From a virus (Duplodnaviria; Caudoviricetes), in IMG/VR virus record IMGVR_UViG_3300030372_004731, positions 1 through 61,173 of that record: a stretch of 61,173 nt of DNA; one strand, written 5' to 3'. The notes beneath the pieces were generated by a model. The model searched no databases. It had not been told where the DNA came from and was given only the letters and a program-made list of their open reading frames with translations. The translations under genes and the position numbers were made by a program. Shown piece after piece: positions 16,335 to 26,813 of this stretch (position 1 is the first letter of the stretch; each line of letters begins with the position of its first letter).

Positions 16335-19218
16335 TAGTATTTCCTAATGGATCAAAAGGAAATAATGCACTATAATCAGTTGGTTGTATACCTGGACCAG
16401 GTAATCTTAATCCCTGTTGTCTAGGTAAAGTATTACGATTTATAGGTGTATTTTCTGGTAATTGATTAACGGCTCTTGCCATCATAGCTTCTTCTTCTAC
16501 GTTTGCTGGTAATCCTCCTATTTCTTCAGTTAAAAACTCAGGCGGAGGAAGAGAATCTATACTGTCTATATATTCTTTTTTCGATAATTTTGGAAATAAT
16601 TGTTCTTCCATTTTTGAATCCATATTTAAATTTTCTAATTTATCAATAGGTGCTTTTTCAGTTTGTAAAATTTGAAAAATTCGTTGCATAGAAGCATCGT
16701 CTGTACCAAATTTAGTATCTTCGGTATTGTATTCATTTAAAAGTGAGTTTGCCATTTTAGCAATTCCAAATCTTGAAAAAGTACTTAAACCTCCATAGTC
16801 TCCAGGTCTTTCTAAAAAACTTTTAAATTGAGAATTAATTACTTCAGCCGCTTTTGGGTTTGATAAAATTCTATTAGCTCTATTTCCTAAAAATAACATT
16901 ATAGCCATAGGGAAAAAACCCATGCCATAAGCTCCTGCTCCTACCGCAACATTGGGCCCAGATAAAACTAGTCTTCTAGCTAAAAAAGTAGATGCTTCAG
17001 GAACAGTATAAGATTTAACTGCGTCCATGTAAGTTAAAAGATCGTCATAACTTTTTAAAAGTTGATTGGCTTTTTGATCTCCAAAAATTACTTTCATTTG
17101 AGTAGCTGCCGCTTCATTATTCAAAATCATTTTTCTAAATAATCCAGGATCAAAAAACATATTTCCTCCATTTAAATTTCTTGCATCCATTCCATTAGGC
17201 ATTTTCATTTCATCTAAAGTTTTATAAGCTTGACCATCAGCTGCCTTAGCACCTTCTTTAGATAAATAAGCTGAAATCCAATCACCCATAGGATTTTTAT
17301 CAATTGGTCTAAAGGACATTTGATAAGCCTGACCTACATGGGCACCCCATAATCTTCTTAAAGTCTCGTTTCCTTCTTGGCTTCCTTTACTTATAAATTT
17401 AGTTTTAAAAGTAGAGTTGCCAAATGCGTCAAGCATTGGAGTAATTTTATAAACATCGGCATCAATTAGTTTTTGTAAATCAGTAATAGCATTAAAACTT
17501 AAATTTGTTTTGTTTTGAAAAATGTTTCTACTTACTTTAGCTAACATTTGATCTCGTTCAAATTTTCCTAATCCTTGAAAATTTTGAAGTTGTTTAAAAG
17601 AAAGAGCATTTTCGTCAAAAGCCGATAATTTTCGAGCTGTTATGGATTTAAAAGTTTTAATATTATTTGCATAATAGTCAAATGCAAATTCAATATTATC
17701 TTTAAGTTCTTTTTTAGCAGATTGACTTAAACCTTGTTTACCTACTGTAGATTTAATTTCTTGTTGAACTACATTTCCTCCTGTTTCTAAAAGAGTTCCA
17801 GTTTGAACATCAAATCTTAAAGTTACTTCTCTCATAGGAGATAAATCCATTTTAGCAAAATCTTTTTCTAAAGCTTGTTGAAGACCAGTATACATCGTTA
17901 CTCCGGTGTCACTTTTATTTAGTGCATCAGTAGTTTGGTTTAATAAAGTTCTTAAAGCCGCATATTCTGTCATAGAAATAGGTCTCCCAGATTTTACTAA
18001 TGCTTGATAAGCGCTATAAAATTGTCCAAAAGGAGTTTTTATTGCTAAAGGATCTATAAACGCAGCTTTTACTTCAGGAGGAGCAAAAGCACTTCGTTCA
18101 ATAGATTCCATAAATTTTTTCACATGGTTTAAATCAATTACTCTTGGGTCCCCCATTGCCATAGCTTGATCTGCAAATCTCTGGTAATTAACTTTATTCA
18201 TATTTGCAAACTTTTCATAATTTTTTAAAATAGATGTGGCTGCTTTTTCGGAAGCTGCTGCTGCGGTTGCTAAATGCATTCCTGGTTCAAGTTCAAATAT
18301 TCTTTGAGATTGCTGGTTAAAATGTTTAATAGCTCCTAGTTGAGTTTCTTTGGCTGGTGTTCCAATGTAAGGTAATTGTCCAAATACTCTATTAATAGTT
18401 TTTAATAATTTTCCTCCTGCTGTATTAGGATCAGCTGCCATAATATAACTTAACTTAAAATTATTTGCTTTTGCAATTTCCGCTAAACTTTGAGAATAAG
18501 GAGTTTCTAACCCCAACATTTTTCTTAGTCCATACATACCACTAGCTGCTAATGGGCCTAATAACTCTGCTCCAGCATTAAAAGTAAGACCAACTCTAAA
18601 ATCATCTAACGATCTTAAAAGTTGATTTTTATCCATCATTTCTTTGTATGTTTTATCTCCAACTTTTCTTTTTATATCAAGTTGCTCTCGTGCAATTTCA
18701 TCCGCTAGATCGTAAGCTAAACCACCTGCAGTATACCCTAAAGTTCCAGCAAGAGCAGCTCTCACAGCACCTTGAGTAGCAACTGGTCCAAAACCTTTTG
18801 CCGCTGCTGCTACTTGTTTTAAACCTGTAACAGTTTTATTTAATATAGGATTTTTAAAAGTAGATTTTATTTTAGCTATATCCCCAATAAATTTCTTAGG
18901 ATTTAAAATTGCACCTGCTAATCTTTTTCTGTCCCATAACAATAGAGAAGTTAAAAAACCAAGGTCAGTGTACATTGCTACTTTATCTCTATTAACTGTA
19001 TCTGAAGTCATTGCTTTTATTGGATCAGCAAAAAATGTTTTTTCTTTTGCTACTTTTTCAGCTGCTGCTTCTTGTTCATCTAACATTACTTGTAATGGCT
19101 TGGTGTCAATGGCTCCGCTTTTTTGAGCTTCATCTATAAATATTTTTTGTTGACTATTTAAAGTTCTTAAGTCAATCCTATTTCCCTGTAACAAGTTTTC
19201 TAATTTTTTTAAATCCAT
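16303..19218 (-). CDS. Large internal virion/ejection protein
   Basis: 971 aa, Gly/Ala amphipathic segments, C-terminal ALFPFD motif, last gene of the tail operon. Confidence 0.65.
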   Translation of the reverse strand: MDLKKLENLLQGNRIDLRTLNSQQKIFIDEAQKSGAIDTKPLQVMLDEQEAAAEKVAKEKTFFADPIKAMTSDTVNRDKVAMYTDLGFLTSLLLWDRKRLAGAILNPKKFIGDIAKIKSTFKNPILNKTVTGLKQVAAAAKGFGPVATQGAVRAALAGTLGYTAGGLAYDLADEIAREQLDIKRKVGDKTYKEMMDKNQLLRSLDDFRVGLTFNAGAELLGPLAASGMYGLRKMLGLETPYSQSLAEIAKANNFKLSYIMAADPNTAGGKLLKTINRVFGQLPYIGTPAKETQLGAIKHFNQQSQRIFELEPGMHLATAAAASEKAATSILKNYEKFANMNKVNYQRFADQAMAMGDPRVIDLNHVKKFMESIERSAFAPPEVKAAFIDPLAIKTPFGQFYSAYQALVKSGRPISMTEYAALRTLLNQTTDALNKSDTGVTMYTGLQQALEKDFAKMDLSPMREVTLRFDVQTGTLLETGGNVVQQEIKSTVGKQGLSQSAKKELKDNIEFAFDYYANNIKTFKSITARKLSAFDENALSFKQLQNFQGLGKFERDQMLAKVSRNIFQNKTNLSFNAITDLQKLIDADVYKITPMLDAFGNSTFKTKFISKGSQEGNETLRRLWGAHVGQAYQMSFRPIDKNPMGDWISAYLSKEGAKAADGQAYKTLDEMKMPNGMDARNLNGGNMFFDPGLFRKMILNNEAAATQMKVIFGDQKANQLLKSYDDLLTYMDAVKSYTVPEASTFLARRLVLSGPNVAVGAGAYGMGFFPMAIMLFLGNRANRILSNPKAAEVINSQFKSFLERPGDYGGLSTFSRFGIAKMANSLLNEYNTEDTKFGTDDASMQRIFQILQTEKAPIDKLENLNMDSKMEEQLFPKLSKKEYIDSIDSLPPPEFLTEEIGGLPANVEEEAMMARAVNQLPENTPINRNTLPRQQGLRLPGPGIQPTDYSALFPFDPLGNTIAQRRQGGQG

Positions 19219-19220
19219 TT

Positions 19221-21272
19221 TTATTCTCTCACTTCTATACCCTCAAACGAACCTGGAGCAAATAATTCGTTTGTTAGTTCATTAAACATTTTATTTGGTT
19301 CTCCTTCATTTTCAAAAATAGTTTTAAGATTAATTCTAAATTGATCTTCTTTTTTTGCTTTTTCAAAATTTGATAGACTATATCCTTCTTTGTAATCTAT
19401 TATTTGATCAGGTTTAATTCCTAGAATCATTGCTTTCTTAATGTCTCCTTGAATTGCTTCAGTTAATTGTTTTTCTAAAGCAACATATCGTGCAATTACG
19501 TATTGGGGAGATGTTAAAAAACCAAACTGTTTTGTTGCTTGTTCAGCTCTTTTAATATCTTGCACGGCTAATCTGTCTTCGTTTTTTAATAAGTTGGCTA
19601 ATGCATAAGAAGTTAATAACTCAATAGTTCTTAATTTTGCTTGTAATTGAAGGGCGTTGCTTTTATCTTGACTATTCATTAAACTATCTCTTCGCTCTTT
19701 ATATAGTTCTGCTGAATCTTTCATTTCCTGTTCATATTCTGCTTCACTTATATCTCCTTTGTCCAATGAAATTTTTAATTGTCGTCTAAAACCCATTTCT
19801 TGTGTATTTAAATCATTATAAAATTTTTCAAAAGGTGTTTCCCCTGTCCAAGATTTCCAGACATCCCCTGCAATTCTTAATTTTTCCATTACTGTACCTT
19901 TAGAGGCAATTAAGTCAGGATTGTCCATGGAAATTTTTAAGGCTTCTTGTGTTCCTCTTAAAGCATTTACTTTTTGAGTAATTTTATTATTGTACTCATC
20001 AATAAGAGCCGCGTCAGGACTATCTATGTATCGATAATCAAAATTAGTTATGTCTATTTCTCTTGGATTATCTCCATCTCTATCTGTAATAGTAGCTAAA
20101 ACAGTTCCTTTTTCTCCAGTTCTAATACTTGCTGTAATTGTTTCTCCTGTAGGATCTCCTGGCATTTTAAATCTTGCAATTTTGTCTTTTATACCAAACT
20201 TTTCCATACTCTCTTTATCTGCCATGTTTTTTAACATAGCTTTTTTTAATTCTAATTCATCGTCTCTTCTTTGAGTTTCAAGAGCCATAGCCATAGGAAT
20301 AACTTGTTGACCTGATTGTCCTAATACATCCATAAAACCTTTAAAGCCTGGTTGATCAGTTCGATTAGAAATCATATTAGCTGCTAATTGTAATAAAAGT
20401 AAATTTTTTGATCTTTTACTTTCAGGTCCCATAATATCTCTTACTGCATTATCTAATTGTAAAGCTAGTCCAGTTCTATTATTTAAATGAGCTTGTGGTA
20501 AATACTGAGAAAAATACATTTGATCAGCAATAAGTTTTTGATCATCTCTGCTTTTATATTCTTCATTTATGTCTACTTCACTTACAGTGGCAGCATCATC
20601 TGTATTCACACTAACATTGTTATTGTTACTACCCCCATCTGGTGGCTGAACATTTAAAGTTTCCATTTGATCATTCTCAAGTGCATTATTTATAACTTCT
20701 GCTTCTGCATTTGGAGCTATCTTTATTCCTGAGTCCTCTTGATTTTTATTCATTGACTCTATAATTTCTGAAGTAGACATTCCGGGAAAAGCTTGTTCTA
20801 ATGAGGAAGCAGGAGAGTCTTTTCCAAAATGATTTTCAAGATTAAATAAATCTGCTTCTCCTGCAGCGCTTGGAAGATCTGCTTGTCCTGCTAATGTTCC
20901 TTCCGCTCTTATTGGAGGACCAGCTTTTTGTGCCATTCTTTCTGCATACGCTCTATCAAAATCTGATCCAGGAAAATTAGACATAAAATTTGATATTGTT
21001 GGATTCTGTGCTGCGGCACTCAACCCGTATAAACTTAACATATATGGATTTCTTAAACCTAAAAATCCTGCAGTTCTACCAGCAGCTCCTATAGTTTTTT
21101 TGGCAAAGCCAGGTAATCCTTCATATCTTTGACGTAAACCTTGCATAGAAAACAAAGGTGATTGATTATATACTTGAGGAACATTAGGTGAAGAAGGAGG
21201 CATTGGTAGTCTATTAATACCACCATTTTGCATTTTTTTGCTAAATACTTTTTTTCTTAATTTGTTTATCAT
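19221..21272 (-). CDS. Internal virion/ejection protein
   Basis: Position in operon; N-terminal KMQNGG motif; helical. Confidence 0.6.
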   Translation of the reverse strand: MINKLRKKVFSKKMQNGGINRLPMPPSSPNVPQVYNQSPLFSMQGLRQRYEGLPGFAKKTIGAAGRTAGFLGLRNPYMLSLYGLSAAAQNPTISNFMSNFPGSDFDRAYAERMAQKAGPPIRAEGTLAGQADLPSAAGEADLFNLENHFGKDSPASSLEQAFPGMSTSEIIESMNKNQEDSGIKIAPNAEAEVINNALENDQMETLNVQPPDGGSNNNNVSVNTDDAATVSEVDINEEYKSRDDQKLIADQMYFSQYLPQAHLNNRTGLALQLDNAVRDIMGPESKRSKNLLLLQLAANMISNRTDQPGFKGFMDVLGQSGQQVIPMAMALETQRRDDELELKKAMLKNMADKESMEKFGIKDKIARFKMPGDPTGETITASIRTGEKGTVLATITDRDGDNPREIDITNFDYRYIDSPDAALIDEYNNKITQKVNALRGTQEALKISMDNPDLIASKGTVMEKLRIAGDVWKSWTGETPFEKFYNDLNTQEMGFRRQLKISLDKGDISEAEYEQEMKDSAELYKERRDSLMNSQDKSNALQLQAKLRTIELLTSYALANLLKNEDRLAVQDIKRAEQATKQFGFLTSPQYVIARYVALEKQLTEAIQGDIKKAMILGIKPDQIIDYKEGYSLSNFEKAKKEDQFRINLKTIFENEGEPNKMFNELTNELFAPGSFEGIEVRE

Positions 21273-21275
21273 CGT

Positions 21276-22142
21276 TTACCTTCCTCCAGTAAACGCTGCG
21301 TACGCTCCAATTCCAGTACCAACGGCCTGACCTAAAGGACTAGGTTGTGGTGCTCGTGTTTGTGATAATCTTGCTTGAGAAGCACTAGGAACACCCGATT
21401 GAATATCAGAAACAAACGCAACTCTTTGATAAGGTTCTTGAATATTTTGTAATGATGTTTGTCTTGCCGCTTCTAAAGCTGCTTGATTAACTCCTCTTTC
21501 TACGCCTCCAGTGCCCATTAAACCTTGTAGTTGATTTGATCTTCCTTGTTGAGCTATATTGGCAGCATTTAAATTAATTTCTCCTGCTTGAATTCCTGTT
21601 TGAGTTTCTAATGCTCTTTGAGTTTGAAGTTCTCCTAAAGCAGATTGATATCCGGTACCATAAATTCCACCTAATGTATCTGCTTTTTGTCTTTGTATTT
21701 CTGCTATACCAACACCTTCTCTTCCGCCACCCAAATTACCTGATCTAGCAGCTTGAGCTGCAAGTTGATTTTCTTTTTTTAAAAAATCATCAGACACTTG
21801 ATTAACTACATTTTGAATATAAGGATTCATTGCAGCTTGAACTTGTGCTGCAGTAAATGTTTGTCCAGCTGCCGTTTGTGCACCACTAGCTGCCGTAGTA
21901 GCATCAGTAAGTTGTTGTTGTCCAGCCATTCCAGATCGTGCTAAAGTTCTCGCTTCAGTTTCAGGTGTAGTCATCGCTGCTACTTGATATGCTGGTAAAG
22001 TAGTTTGCTTCATAGCTAACTCTCTTGCAGCATCCATTAACCCTAATCGTCTAGCTTCTATTTCTGGTGCTTCTCTAATTGTTTGAACGTTAGTAGTATC
22101 GGCTGGTACGCCTGAACCACCTCCTCCTCCTCCTGAACTCAT
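21276..22142 (-). CDS. DNA pilot/ejection protein
   Basis: MSSGGGGGG start, Q/A-rich, NPYIQNV..., GGGREG, hydrophobic Gly-rich C-terminus. Confidence 0.7.
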   Translation of the reverse strand: MSSGGGGGGSGVPADTTNVQTIREAPEIEARRLGLMDAARELAMKQTTLPAYQVAAMTTPETEARTLARSGMAGQQQLTDATTAASGAQTAAGQTFTAAQVQAAMNPYIQNVVNQVSDDFLKKENQLAAQAARSGNLGGGREGVGIAEIQRQKADTLGGIYGTGYQSALGELQTQRALETQTGIQAGEINLNAANIAQQGRSNQLQGLMGTGGVERGVNQAALEAARQTSLQNIQEPYQRVAFVSDIQSGVPSASQARLSQTRAPQPSPLGQAVGTGIGAYAAFTGGR

Positions 22143-22567
22143 TTATTTTCTCCTAAAAATTTATCAAGTTGAACATGTGTTTTAATATAGCCTTTACCTT
22201 TTAAAAATCTTTCCCATCCTGGACGTGCATAAAATTCCATTTTAGTTACTCCTTGTGTTTTTGCCCATGCTTCCATTGGTTCTAAAAATTGTGTCCATAA
22301 TTCCATTTTTTCTCCTGTAAGTACCCTAAAGTTCATTGTTCGATACTTTGGATACTCTTTTAATTCTGTTACTCCAACTGCATAAACTTTTTGATCTTTT
22401 TCTGACCAAGCTACCCACAGTTGCATCAGATTTTTTTTAATCTGATCTTTAATATGTTCGTGATCAGCATATCCACCTGATCTTTCTAAAGCTTTTTGAA
22501 TATAGTCTTTTACAAATATCCAAACTTTATCTACTTCTTTAGTTTCCCATATCCTTAATAACTCCAT
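22139..22567 (-). CDS. GNAT-fold acetyltransferase-like virion assembly protein
   Basis: QLW...VTE...E.WAK..G......RPGWER.L...GY. Confidence 0.65.
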   Translation of the reverse strand: MELLRIWETKEVDKVWIFVKDYIQKALERSGGYADHEHIKDQIKKNLMQLWVAWSEKDQKVYAVGVTELKEYPKYRTMNFRVLTGEKMELWTQFLEPMEAWAKTQGVTKMEFYARPGWERFLKGKGYIKTHVQLDKFLGENK

Positions 22568-24147
22568 TAAGATGCCATTCGTTTTGCTAATTTATCAAAC
22601 TCTGCCATCTGTTTGTAAAAAAATCTTGCTCCTAAATCTCTTTGTTGTTTTTTGTTTTTTGGGTTTGCTCCTAAAGCAATTCCTGCACCTCTTACAGCTT
22701 TTGATTTAGTTACAAATTCTCCGTCAGCTAACTGAGCTAACATAGTATCTCTTTCTTCGTTACCTTTTCCTTCTGCATCTACTACTAATTTACCAGAAGT
22801 TCTTTTATAATTTGATGGATTATTCTCATTTTTTTTAGTTTTATGTGGAAGTTTATCAACTAAAGATCCTGATTTAGCTGTCATAAACTGTAAACTTTCT
22901 TGTAATTTTTTTCTTAAGTCGTCAGGACTCATTTTTCTTCCAGGTGCTTGAGGTTGCTCTCTTCCAGGCATACGAGGTTGCTGAGGCTGAGGCTGCATTC
23001 GTTGTCTAGGATATTCTTCTAATTCTTCATCGGTCATTTCTGCTAAAGATTTAACAGGTTCATTATCTGCTTTGCCACCTCTAACCAATTTCATGATTCC
23101 ACCTTTTTTCTGACCACTTTGAGATTGTAAATATTGATTTATAAGTTGTTGTTCTTCTGGTGTAGGTCTATATCCTTCCATCATTACTTTATTAAATAAT
23201 TCTTGAGGAGATAAAGTTTGTCCTCCACTCATTAATTTCATTATTCCACCACTTTTTTTCCCCTGTAGGCTGTCATATAATTCTTTTACTGCTCCTGGTC
23301 CTTCATTCATTTCTAAATTATCTAGATAATCTCTTTCATATCCATACTCAGTTTGTAATATATTTTTATAACTAGCAGGACCTCCATCTTGAAGGCCAAT
23401 GATTCCCCCTGTTTTAATTCCACTGTAAGGTTTCTCAGGATATTGAGAATAATCAATTGGGTCAATATTAGGATCATCATAAGGCATGAACTGAGAAGGA
23501 TCTTGCGCATAGAATTTATTGTATCCTGGATACTTAGGATCTTTTGGTGGCACAGGATCAAATGCACCTAAACCATATGCTACACCGGCAGCTCCTAGTG
23601 AACCTAACCCTACTTTTAAAGGATCCATTTGAGACATTGTAACAGGGACTCTTACTACTTTTCCATCAGGAGTTCTCATTACTTTTGTAGCTGCAGCTCC
23701 TCCTTCACCAATTATAGGTTGTTCAGATTTAAATACTCCAGCTGCTTTATCAAAAAAGCCTCTCATTCCTTCTTTAGGTGATGGAGTTACAGATACTGTA
23801 GATTGATCTTTTGCAAGTTCAGGTAAAGATTGCAACCATTTATCGTAATCAGTCAGTGGTTCTTTTTTATTCTGTTCCTTAAAAGTCTGTACTGCTATAT
23901 CTCCTATACTTTCTGTATCTACACTTCCTTTCACAGGAGTAGATATATTTTCAGTAATATTCATGGCAATATCTTCTTGCCCTATCATAGGTTTTTGTTG
24001 ATTAAAACCACCTGTTAATTGCATGGTTAATGCTTGTGTAGTTGTGTCTTTAAATGCGTCTTTGTAAAGATTACTGCCTCTTTTACCACCTAGGGCGTTT
24101 ATTCCGACGTTGGCGGCATACATCATTGCTAGTGTTGCTGGATCCAT
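22567..24147 (-). CDS. Virion protein with tandem KxGG repeats and a tape-measure-like C-terminal domain
   Basis: KTGGII, KSGGIM, KKGGIM repeats; DTMLAQLADGEFVTKSKAVR. Confidence 0.65.
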   Translation of the reverse strand: MDPATLAMMYAANVGINALGGKRGSNLYKDAFKDTTTQALTMQLTGGFNQQKPMIGQEDIAMNITENISTPVKGSVDTESIGDIAVQTFKEQNKKEPLTDYDKWLQSLPELAKDQSTVSVTPSPKEGMRGFFDKAAGVFKSEQPIIGEGGAAATKVMRTPDGKVVRVPVTMSQMDPLKVGLGSLGAAGVAYGLGAFDPVPPKDPKYPGYNKFYAQDPSQFMPYDDPNIDPIDYSQYPEKPYSGIKTGGIIGLQDGGPASYKNILQTEYGYERDYLDNLEMNEGPGAVKELYDSLQGKKSGGIMKLMSGGQTLSPQELFNKVMMEGYRPTPEEQQLINQYLQSQSGQKKGGIMKLVRGGKADNEPVKSLAEMTDEELEEYPRQRMQPQPQQPRMPGREQPQAPGRKMSPDDLRKKLQESLQFMTAKSGSLVDKLPHKTKKNENNPSNYKRTSGKLVVDAEGKGNEERDTMLAQLADGEFVTKSKAVRGAGIALGANPKNKKQQRDLGARFFYKQMAEFDKLAKRMAS

Positions 24148-24181
24148 ATTTCTCCTGTTTTAAATACGTATATTATCCAAT

Positions 24182-25030
24182 TTACTTAATTTTTTCGCCT
24201 TCGTCAATAAACCTTCCTCTATAACTATAGTCTCCGTGATGAGTTATATAGGCATCGACATTAGCATAAATCTTACCTCCAATGGAAGTCCACTTCTTAC
24301 AGAAAGCAAAATCTTCACCCATAAATGTACCTTTTTCTTGATCAAATTCAGTATCCCAAAAATTCCAAAAATGCTCAGTTTCTCTCATTTGTTGGTTAAG
24401 CATTGTTTGTTGTCTTATTTTTAAATGAGGATATTTTTCTGCCATTTTTTCAAATACTTGTCTTTTAATTAACATAAACCCTGCAGGCCCTCTTTTAATT
24501 TCGGTAATACCTTCTTTACAGTCTATGTTTTCAGGATCTACAAATGCCATAGGGTAATAATAACCACATTTACTAATGTGCCTTCCTGATTTTTCACTAA
24601 TATTTTTAGCCTTATCCCAATCAATAACTTTCATTGGATAAGGAGTTAAAACTATATCTTTATCTGCTTTTAGCATTGTTAAAACTGAAGTTTCATCAAA
24701 TTCTACATCAGTATCTACAAATAACATATGAGTACATTCAGATTTTAAAAAAGCTGAAGTACATAAATTTCTTCCTTGAGTAACAATAGAAGAATTAATT
24801 AAATGAAAAGTTACTGGTATTTTATGTCTTTGAAGTAAAGCTTGAAGCTCTAAAGTAGCTCTTACATAATGTATATCTACTCCTCCATGACAGGGAGAAG
24901 TAAAAAACAATTTTATAGGATGTTCTTTTTTCTTGCTATCCCAATCCAATACATCGTTTCCCTTATTAGTATTTTGTCCGAAAATATTTTTTTCATTTAT
25001 TATACTTCTTTCATCTATTTTATAACTCAT
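24182..25030 (-). CDS. GT-A fold glycosyltransferase (GT2-like)
   Basis: SPCHGG, S.VTQGRN, HMLFVDTD (DxD), GFMLIKR, GEDFAFC. Confidence 0.85.
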   Translation of the reverse strand: MSYKIDERSIINEKNIFGQNTNKGNDVLDWDSKKKEHPIKLFFTSPCHGGVDIHYVRATLELQALLQRHKIPVTFHLINSSIVTQGRNLCTSAFLKSECTHMLFVDTDVEFDETSVLTMLKADKDIVLTPYPMKVIDWDKAKNISEKSGRHISKCGYYYPMAFVDPENIDCKEGITEIKRGPAGFMLIKRQVFEKMAEKYPHLKIRQQTMLNQQMRETEHFWNFWDTEFDQEKGTFMGEDFAFCKKWTSIGGKIYANVDAYITHHGDYSYRGRFIDEGEKIK

Positions 25031-25968
25031 GCATATCCTTTTATTTTAAGTAGTTGATCAAATAAACTAGTCCATTCTTTTGCTCTCATGTCCCAATTGT
25101 AAAAAGTTCTAAAGTATTTCATTTGGTCTTGAAGTCTTTGATGTAATACAGGCTCGTGATAATTATCTGCTACAAATTCAATTACTGCTTTAAATTTTTT
25201 AGCTAAAGTATGCATATCTGTTTCATAATTTACATAATGAGCGTACTCAGTACAGGTTTCAAATAAGGCTCCAAAATTAGTTACGATAGCCATATTACCA
25301 GCTGCCATTGCTTCCATCGCTGAAATACAAAAAGTTTCTTCCCAAATAGAAGGATAAGCAAATATTTGAGTGTCTTGCATAGCATCTATTACTTCTAGAT
25401 TAGTTTTATACCCTATGTGATTTACATTTTTTAAAGATTCCATTTTATCATACATAGGCTTAAATTGTTTATCATTTTGTTCTTCAAACTGAGTTCCATA
25501 TATTTTTGTAGAGGTATAAACATCAAGAATAATGTCATCTCTTTTAATTAATTCCATAGATCCTAGTAAAACGTTTAATCCTCTCCAGGGAGTAGAAGTA
25601 TGAATTAATTTAATAGGATTACCCTTTTGCCATTGAGGTTTGTCTTTCCATTTAATATCTGGTAAAGCATTTTTAATTACACAGCATTTGTGGGTAGGTA
25701 ACCCATATGCATATCTAAATTTTTCATAGCACCAGTGAGAATTAAATACATACCAGTCATACTTTCTATGATTTTCTTTTTCACTAAACCAAGGAGCTAT
25801 ATTAGGTTGATCATATGAATTTTTCATCCATAAAATACTAATTTTATCAGGGTCTATTGATTCTTTTTCTGGAACTGAAGTAGTTATTTGAAATTTTTTA
25901 AAATAAGAAGGATCTACTCTCTTTTGAAGCTCTGCTAATTGTAGTTCTGTGCCGCCTTTTGCTTCCAT
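25027..25968 (-). CDS. GT-B fold glycosyltransferase (GT4-like)
   Basis: GGTE, TSTPWRGL, YPSIWEETFCISAMEAMAAG (E-x7-E). Confidence 0.88.
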   Translation of the reverse strand: MEAKGGTELQLAELQKRVDPSYFKKFQITTSVPEKESIDPDKISILWMKNSYDQPNIAPWFSEKENHRKYDWYVFNSHWCYEKFRYAYGLPTHKCCVIKNALPDIKWKDKPQWQKGNPIKLIHTSTPWRGLNVLLGSMELIKRDDIILDVYTSTKIYGTQFEEQNDKQFKPMYDKMESLKNVNHIGYKTNLEVIDAMQDTQIFAYPSIWEETFCISAMEAMAAGNMAIVTNFGALFETCTEYAHYVNYETDMHTLAKKFKAVIEFVADNYHEPVLHQRLQDQMKYFRTFYNWDMRAKEWTSLFDQLLKIKGYA

Positions 25969-26177
25969 TATTTTAACGGCTCTTCTCCGAATACATCAAA
26001 TCCTTTAGGGATAATAATTTTAACATCCCTTTTTATATCTTTTGGGTCAGGATTTTCAAGCTTTACTTGCTCTTCATCCTTATATTTTTTTCCTGTTTTT
26101 TTATTTGTTATAGTAACTTCAGCTTCACATTTAATAATAGGAACTTTTTCTCCATTAATCGTGGTATATTCTGTCAT
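25968..26177 (-). CDS. Hypothetical protein
   Basis: TAATG-coupled ORF. Confidence 0.7.
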   Translation of the reverse strand: MTEYTTINGEKVPIIKCEAEVTITNKKTGKKYKDEEQVKLENPDPKDIKRDVKIIIPKGFDVFGEEPLK

Positions 26178-26506
26178 TATTTTCTATCCTGTTCTAGTAT
26201 AGCTACAGTGCCTGTAACCACACTTGTATGACTAGCAGTAATTTTTAAAATATCATTTTCTTCAAATACTTTTACTCCAGTTAATAAATCAGAAGATGTA
26301 CCAGAACCTAAGGTACGTTTAGAAAAATTATAAGTAGCACTAGCAGAGTTATCTGTAATGCTAGCTGTAACACTTACTGTGCCACTACTTGAATTATAAG
26401 ATTGAATACTTTTAATCATAGCAACTGTTTCAGCGGGGCAAGTATAAACAGCTACTGGATTTGTAGTTGTTAGATTAAATTGAGCATTAATAAATTTATT
26501 TGCCAT
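26177..26506 (-). CDS. Small beta-rich virion protein
   Basis: YTCP..T.A.IKSI...N pattern typical of podovirus tail accessory proteins. Confidence 0.65.
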   Translation of the reverse strand: MANKFINAQFNLTTTNPVAVYTCPAETVAMIKSIQSYNSSSGTVSVTASITDNSASATYNFSKRTLGSGTSSDLLTGVKVFEENDILKITASHTSVVTGTVAILEQDRK

Positions 26507-26646
26507 TATCTGCCTTGTCGGTTGTATTTCTTATACATGCGTTTTTGACTTTTGTTAAGTCTTTTTTTATGCCTGCCTGGTCGTTTTCGTGGTTTTTCTC
26601 TTTCATACCATGCTGTTCCAAATTGACTTTTTTTCTTTTTGGCCAT
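26506..26646 (-). CDS. 46-aa highly basic protein (not in ORF track)
   Basis: MAKKKKSQFGTAWYEREKPRKRPGRHKKRLNKSQKRMYKKYNRQGR; TAATG overlaps at both ends. Confidence 0.75.
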   Translation of the reverse strand: MAKKKKSQFGTAWYEREKPRKRPGRHKKRLNKSQKRMYKKYNRQGR

Positions 26647-26813
26647 TAATCGTTTAAGAAATATGAAACGGCTTCTGTTTCTTCTTTAATATCCTGTGGG
26701 TATGTTGTATTTAATTTTTGTACAATATTATTTATATCTCTTCCAAACTGATTTAAATTAGTTGCTTGATATTGCGGTGTTGCTTGAGAAACTATTTCAC
26801 TTATTTTTGCCAT
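26646..26813 (-). CDS. 55-aa tail-associated protein (not in ORF track)
   Basis: MAKISEIVSQATPQYQATNLNQFGRDINNIVQKLNTTYPQDIKEETEAVSYFLND; TAATG overlaps. Confidence 0.75.
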   Translation of the reverse strand: MAKISEIVSQATPQYQATNLNQFGRDINNIVQKLNTTYPQDIKEETEAVSYFLND

